Below are positions 61,595 through 64,000 of a DNA stretch of 64,000 bases, piece by piece (position 1 is the first letter of the stretch; every line of letters starts with the position of its first letter). The notes under the pieces are model-generated. The model did no database searches. It was given only the letters and a program-made list of their open reading frames with translations, and was not told the DNA's origin. The stretch is from Chiloscyllium plagiosum (lineage: Eukaryota), in contig NC_057750.1 of NCBI RefSeq assembly GCF_004010195.1, positions 1,337,262 through 1,401,261 of the forward strand, read 5' to 3'. The translations under genes and the position numbers were made by a program.

Positions 61595-63410
61595 TAGAGT
61601 CTTAGAGGCACAGAGATATACAGCACAGAAACGGACCCTTCAGTCCATGCTGACCAGATATCGTAACCTAATGTAGTCGAACTTGCCAGCACCCGCCCAT
61701 ATCCCTCTAAACCCTTCCTATTCATATACCCATCCAGATGCCTTTTAAATGTTGTCATTGTAACAGCCTCCACCACTTCCTCTGGCAGCTCATTCCATAC
61801 ACACACCACCCTCTGTGTGAAAAGGTTGCCCCTTAGGTCTTTCATATCTTTCCCCTCTCACCCTAAGCTATGCCCTCTAGTTCTGGACACCCCCATCCCA
61901 GGGAAAAGACTTTGTCTATTTACCCTAATCCAGGCCCCTCATGATTTAAAAACCTCTATAAGGTCATCCCTCAGCCTCCGACGCTCCAAGGAACAGCCCC
62001 AGCCTGTTCAGCCTCTCCCTATAGCTCAAATCCTTCAACCCTGGCAACACCCTTGTAAATCTTTTCTGAACCCTTTCAAGTTTCACAACATCAAGGATTA
62101 GATTAGATTACTTACAGTGTGGAAACAGGCCCTTCGGCCCAACAAGTCCACACCGCCCCGCCGAAGCGCAACCCACCCATACCCCTACATTTACCCCTTA
62201 CCTAACACTACGGGCAATTTAGCATGGCCAATTCACCTGACCTGCACATCTTTGGACTGTGGGAGGAAACCGGAGCACCCGGAGGAAACCCACGCAGACA
62301 CGGGGAGAATGTGCAAACTCCACACAGTCAATCGCCTGAGGCTGGAATTGAACCCGGGTCTCTGGCGCTGTGAGNNNNNNNNNNNNNNNNNNNNNNNNNN
62401 NNNNNNNNNNNNNNNNNNNNNNNNNNNNNNNNNNNNNNNNNNNNNNNNNNNNNNNNNNNNNNNNNNNNNNNNNNNNNNNNNNNNNNNNNNNNNNNNNNNN
62501 NNNNNNNNNNNNNNNNNNNNNNNNNNNNNNNNNNNNNNNNNNNNNNNNNNNNNNNNNNNNNNNNNNNNNNNNNNNNNNNNNNNNNNNNNNNNNNNNNNNN
62601 NNNNNNNNNNNNNNNNNNNNNNNNNNNNNNNNNNNNNNNNNNNNNNNNNNNNNNNNNNNNNNNNNNNNNNNNNNNNNNNNNNNNNNNNNNNNNNNNNNNN
62701 NNNNNNNNNNNNNNNNNNNNNNNNNNNNNNNNNNNNNNNNNNNNNNNNNNNNNNNNNNNNNNNNNNNNNNNNNNNNNNNNNNNNNNNNNNNNNNNNNNNN
62801 NNNNNNNNNNNNNNNNNNNNNNNNGCCTTCTACCTTTGAGCCAGTTCTGTATCCAAATGGCTAGTTCTCCCTGTATTCCCTGAGATCTAACCTTGCTAAC
62901 CAGTCTCCCATGGGGAACCTTGTCAAATGCCTTACTGAAGTCCATATAGATCATGTCCACCACTCTACCCTTATCAATCCTCTTTGTTACTTCCTCAAAA
63001 ACCTCAATTAAGTTTGTGAGACATTATTTCCCACGCAAAAAGCCATACTTACTATGCCTAATCAGTCCTTGCCTTTACAAATACCTGTATGTCCTGACCC
63101 TCAGGATTCCCTCCAACAACTTACCCAGTAGTCAGCGTCTAGCACGGCGGTCTACAGTTCCCTGGCTTGTCCTGACCACTTTTCTGAAATAGTGGCACCA
63201 CAATCTTCAGTCTTCCAGCACCTCACCTGTGACTGTCGTTGATACAAATATCTCAGCAAGAGGCCCAGCAATTACTTCCCTGGCTTCCCACAGAGTTCTA
63301 GGGTTCACCTGATCAGGTCCTGGGGATTTATCCACTTTTTTGCATTTCATGACATCCAGCACTTCCTCCTCTGTAAAATGGACATTTTTAAAGATGTCAC
63401 CATCTATTTT
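61595..63410 (-). mobile_element. CR1 LINE (RT to 3' UTR) interrupted by an HE1 SINE (62097-62374) and a gap
   Basis: LFTQRVVCVWNELPEEVV; IYMDFSKAFDKVPHGRL; VDKSPGPDQVNPRTLWEAREVIA. Confidence 0.9.
62375..62824. other. Assembly gap (450 N)
   Basis: Run of N. Confidence 1.
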
Positions 63411-63712
63411 CAGTTGCCAGCAGCAAAGCGAGTGGGAGCTTGGACCAGGGGCCTGTCGGGAAAGGTGAGTCACTGATTTAAACCTTTAAAAGTTTACCTC
63501 AAGCATTGGTGGCAACAGCACCTCAGAGAGCAGAGGCTTCTGGGAAAGGAGGGACATTTCCCCCGTCAGCTATATAAGTGAGTGTTTTCTAAACCCGAGA
63601 CCCTACCTTTGTAGGGCCTCCCATCCCATCCAACTCCTCTAACCTTAAACACCAGGGACACATCAGGTAAGCGTCTCCTCTTTTTTACTTTGTGATAAGG
63701 GGGTGAGCAGGG

Positions 63713-64000
63713 ATGGCAGTGCACGGAGAGGAATGTTCCTCCTGCATGATGTTTGAGGTGAGGGACGCCATTAGTATCCCATCCAAGTACATCTGCAGGA
63801 AGTGCACCCAACTCTCGCTCCCCCAAGACCATGTTAGGGAACTGGAGCGGGAGCTGGATGAACTTCGGATCATTCGGGAGGCAGAGGCTGTGATAGACAG
63901 GAGTTACAGGGAAGTAGTTACTCCGAGGCACAAAGAAAGCTGGGTGACTGTTCGAAGGGGGAAGAAACAGTCAGTGGAGGGATCCCCTGTGGTCGTTCCC
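63713..64000 (+). CDS. CR1 ORF1 N-terminus (Cys zinc-finger and leucine-zipper/coiled coil), open to the window edge; putative 5' UTR from ~63411
   Basis: MAVHGEECSSCMMFEVRDAISIPSKYICRKCTQLSLPQDHVRELERELDELRIIREAEAVIDRSYREVVTP...; no stop in 96 codons (absent from ORF track because unterminated). Confidence 0.85.
   Translation, partial: MAVHGEECSSCMMFEVRDAISIPSKYICRKCTQLSLPQDHVRELERELDELRIIREAEAVIDRSYREVVTPRHKESWVTVRRGKKQSVEGSPVVVP

Noticed and set aside
62117..62963. ORFs of 164-240 aa spanning the gap
   Set aside because: Artefacts of N runs joining SINE and CR1 sequence.

Overview
This is eukaryotic, repeat-dense DNA, not a prokaryotic locus. The SINE/LINE content (HE1-type V-SINEs, CR1/HER1-like LINEs, a DeuSINE remnant) points to a cartilaginous fish, most likely a shark (inference). 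No multi-exon host coding gene can be supported. The clearest host-gene signal is a repeat-poor, CpG-richer island at ~4.0-6.2 kb. It holds a near-perfect RE1/NRSE (REST) site at 5442-5462 and minus-strand splice donors, suggesting the 5' end of a neuronal gene transcribed leftward. The rest is mostly CR1 LINE fragments (one large copy with ORF1 esterase, endonuclease and RT at 46.8-50.6 kb; a fresh ORF1 start at the right edge), about 17 HE1-type SINEs, other tRNA-SINEs, L2/Rex-like remnants, two inverted solo LTRs, a 2.9-kb 16-bp minisatellite, simple repeats and two N-gaps, one flanked by a probable false duplication. The most interesting system is a set of short (~130-300 bp) palindromic insertions from three sequence families. 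They look like MITEs but carry minimal hammerhead-ribozyme cores (CUGAnGA-stem II-GAAA-palindromic loop-UH). Many also have a one-sided ~35-nt tail and 13-16-bp target-site duplications. A Penelope-like (GIY-YIG) fragment in the same window has the same 3' sequence and TSD length, so these are interpreted as non-autonomous, ribozyme-bearing Penelope-derived hairpin retroelements. Family names come from recalled motifs, not database searches, and boundaries of old repeats are approximate.
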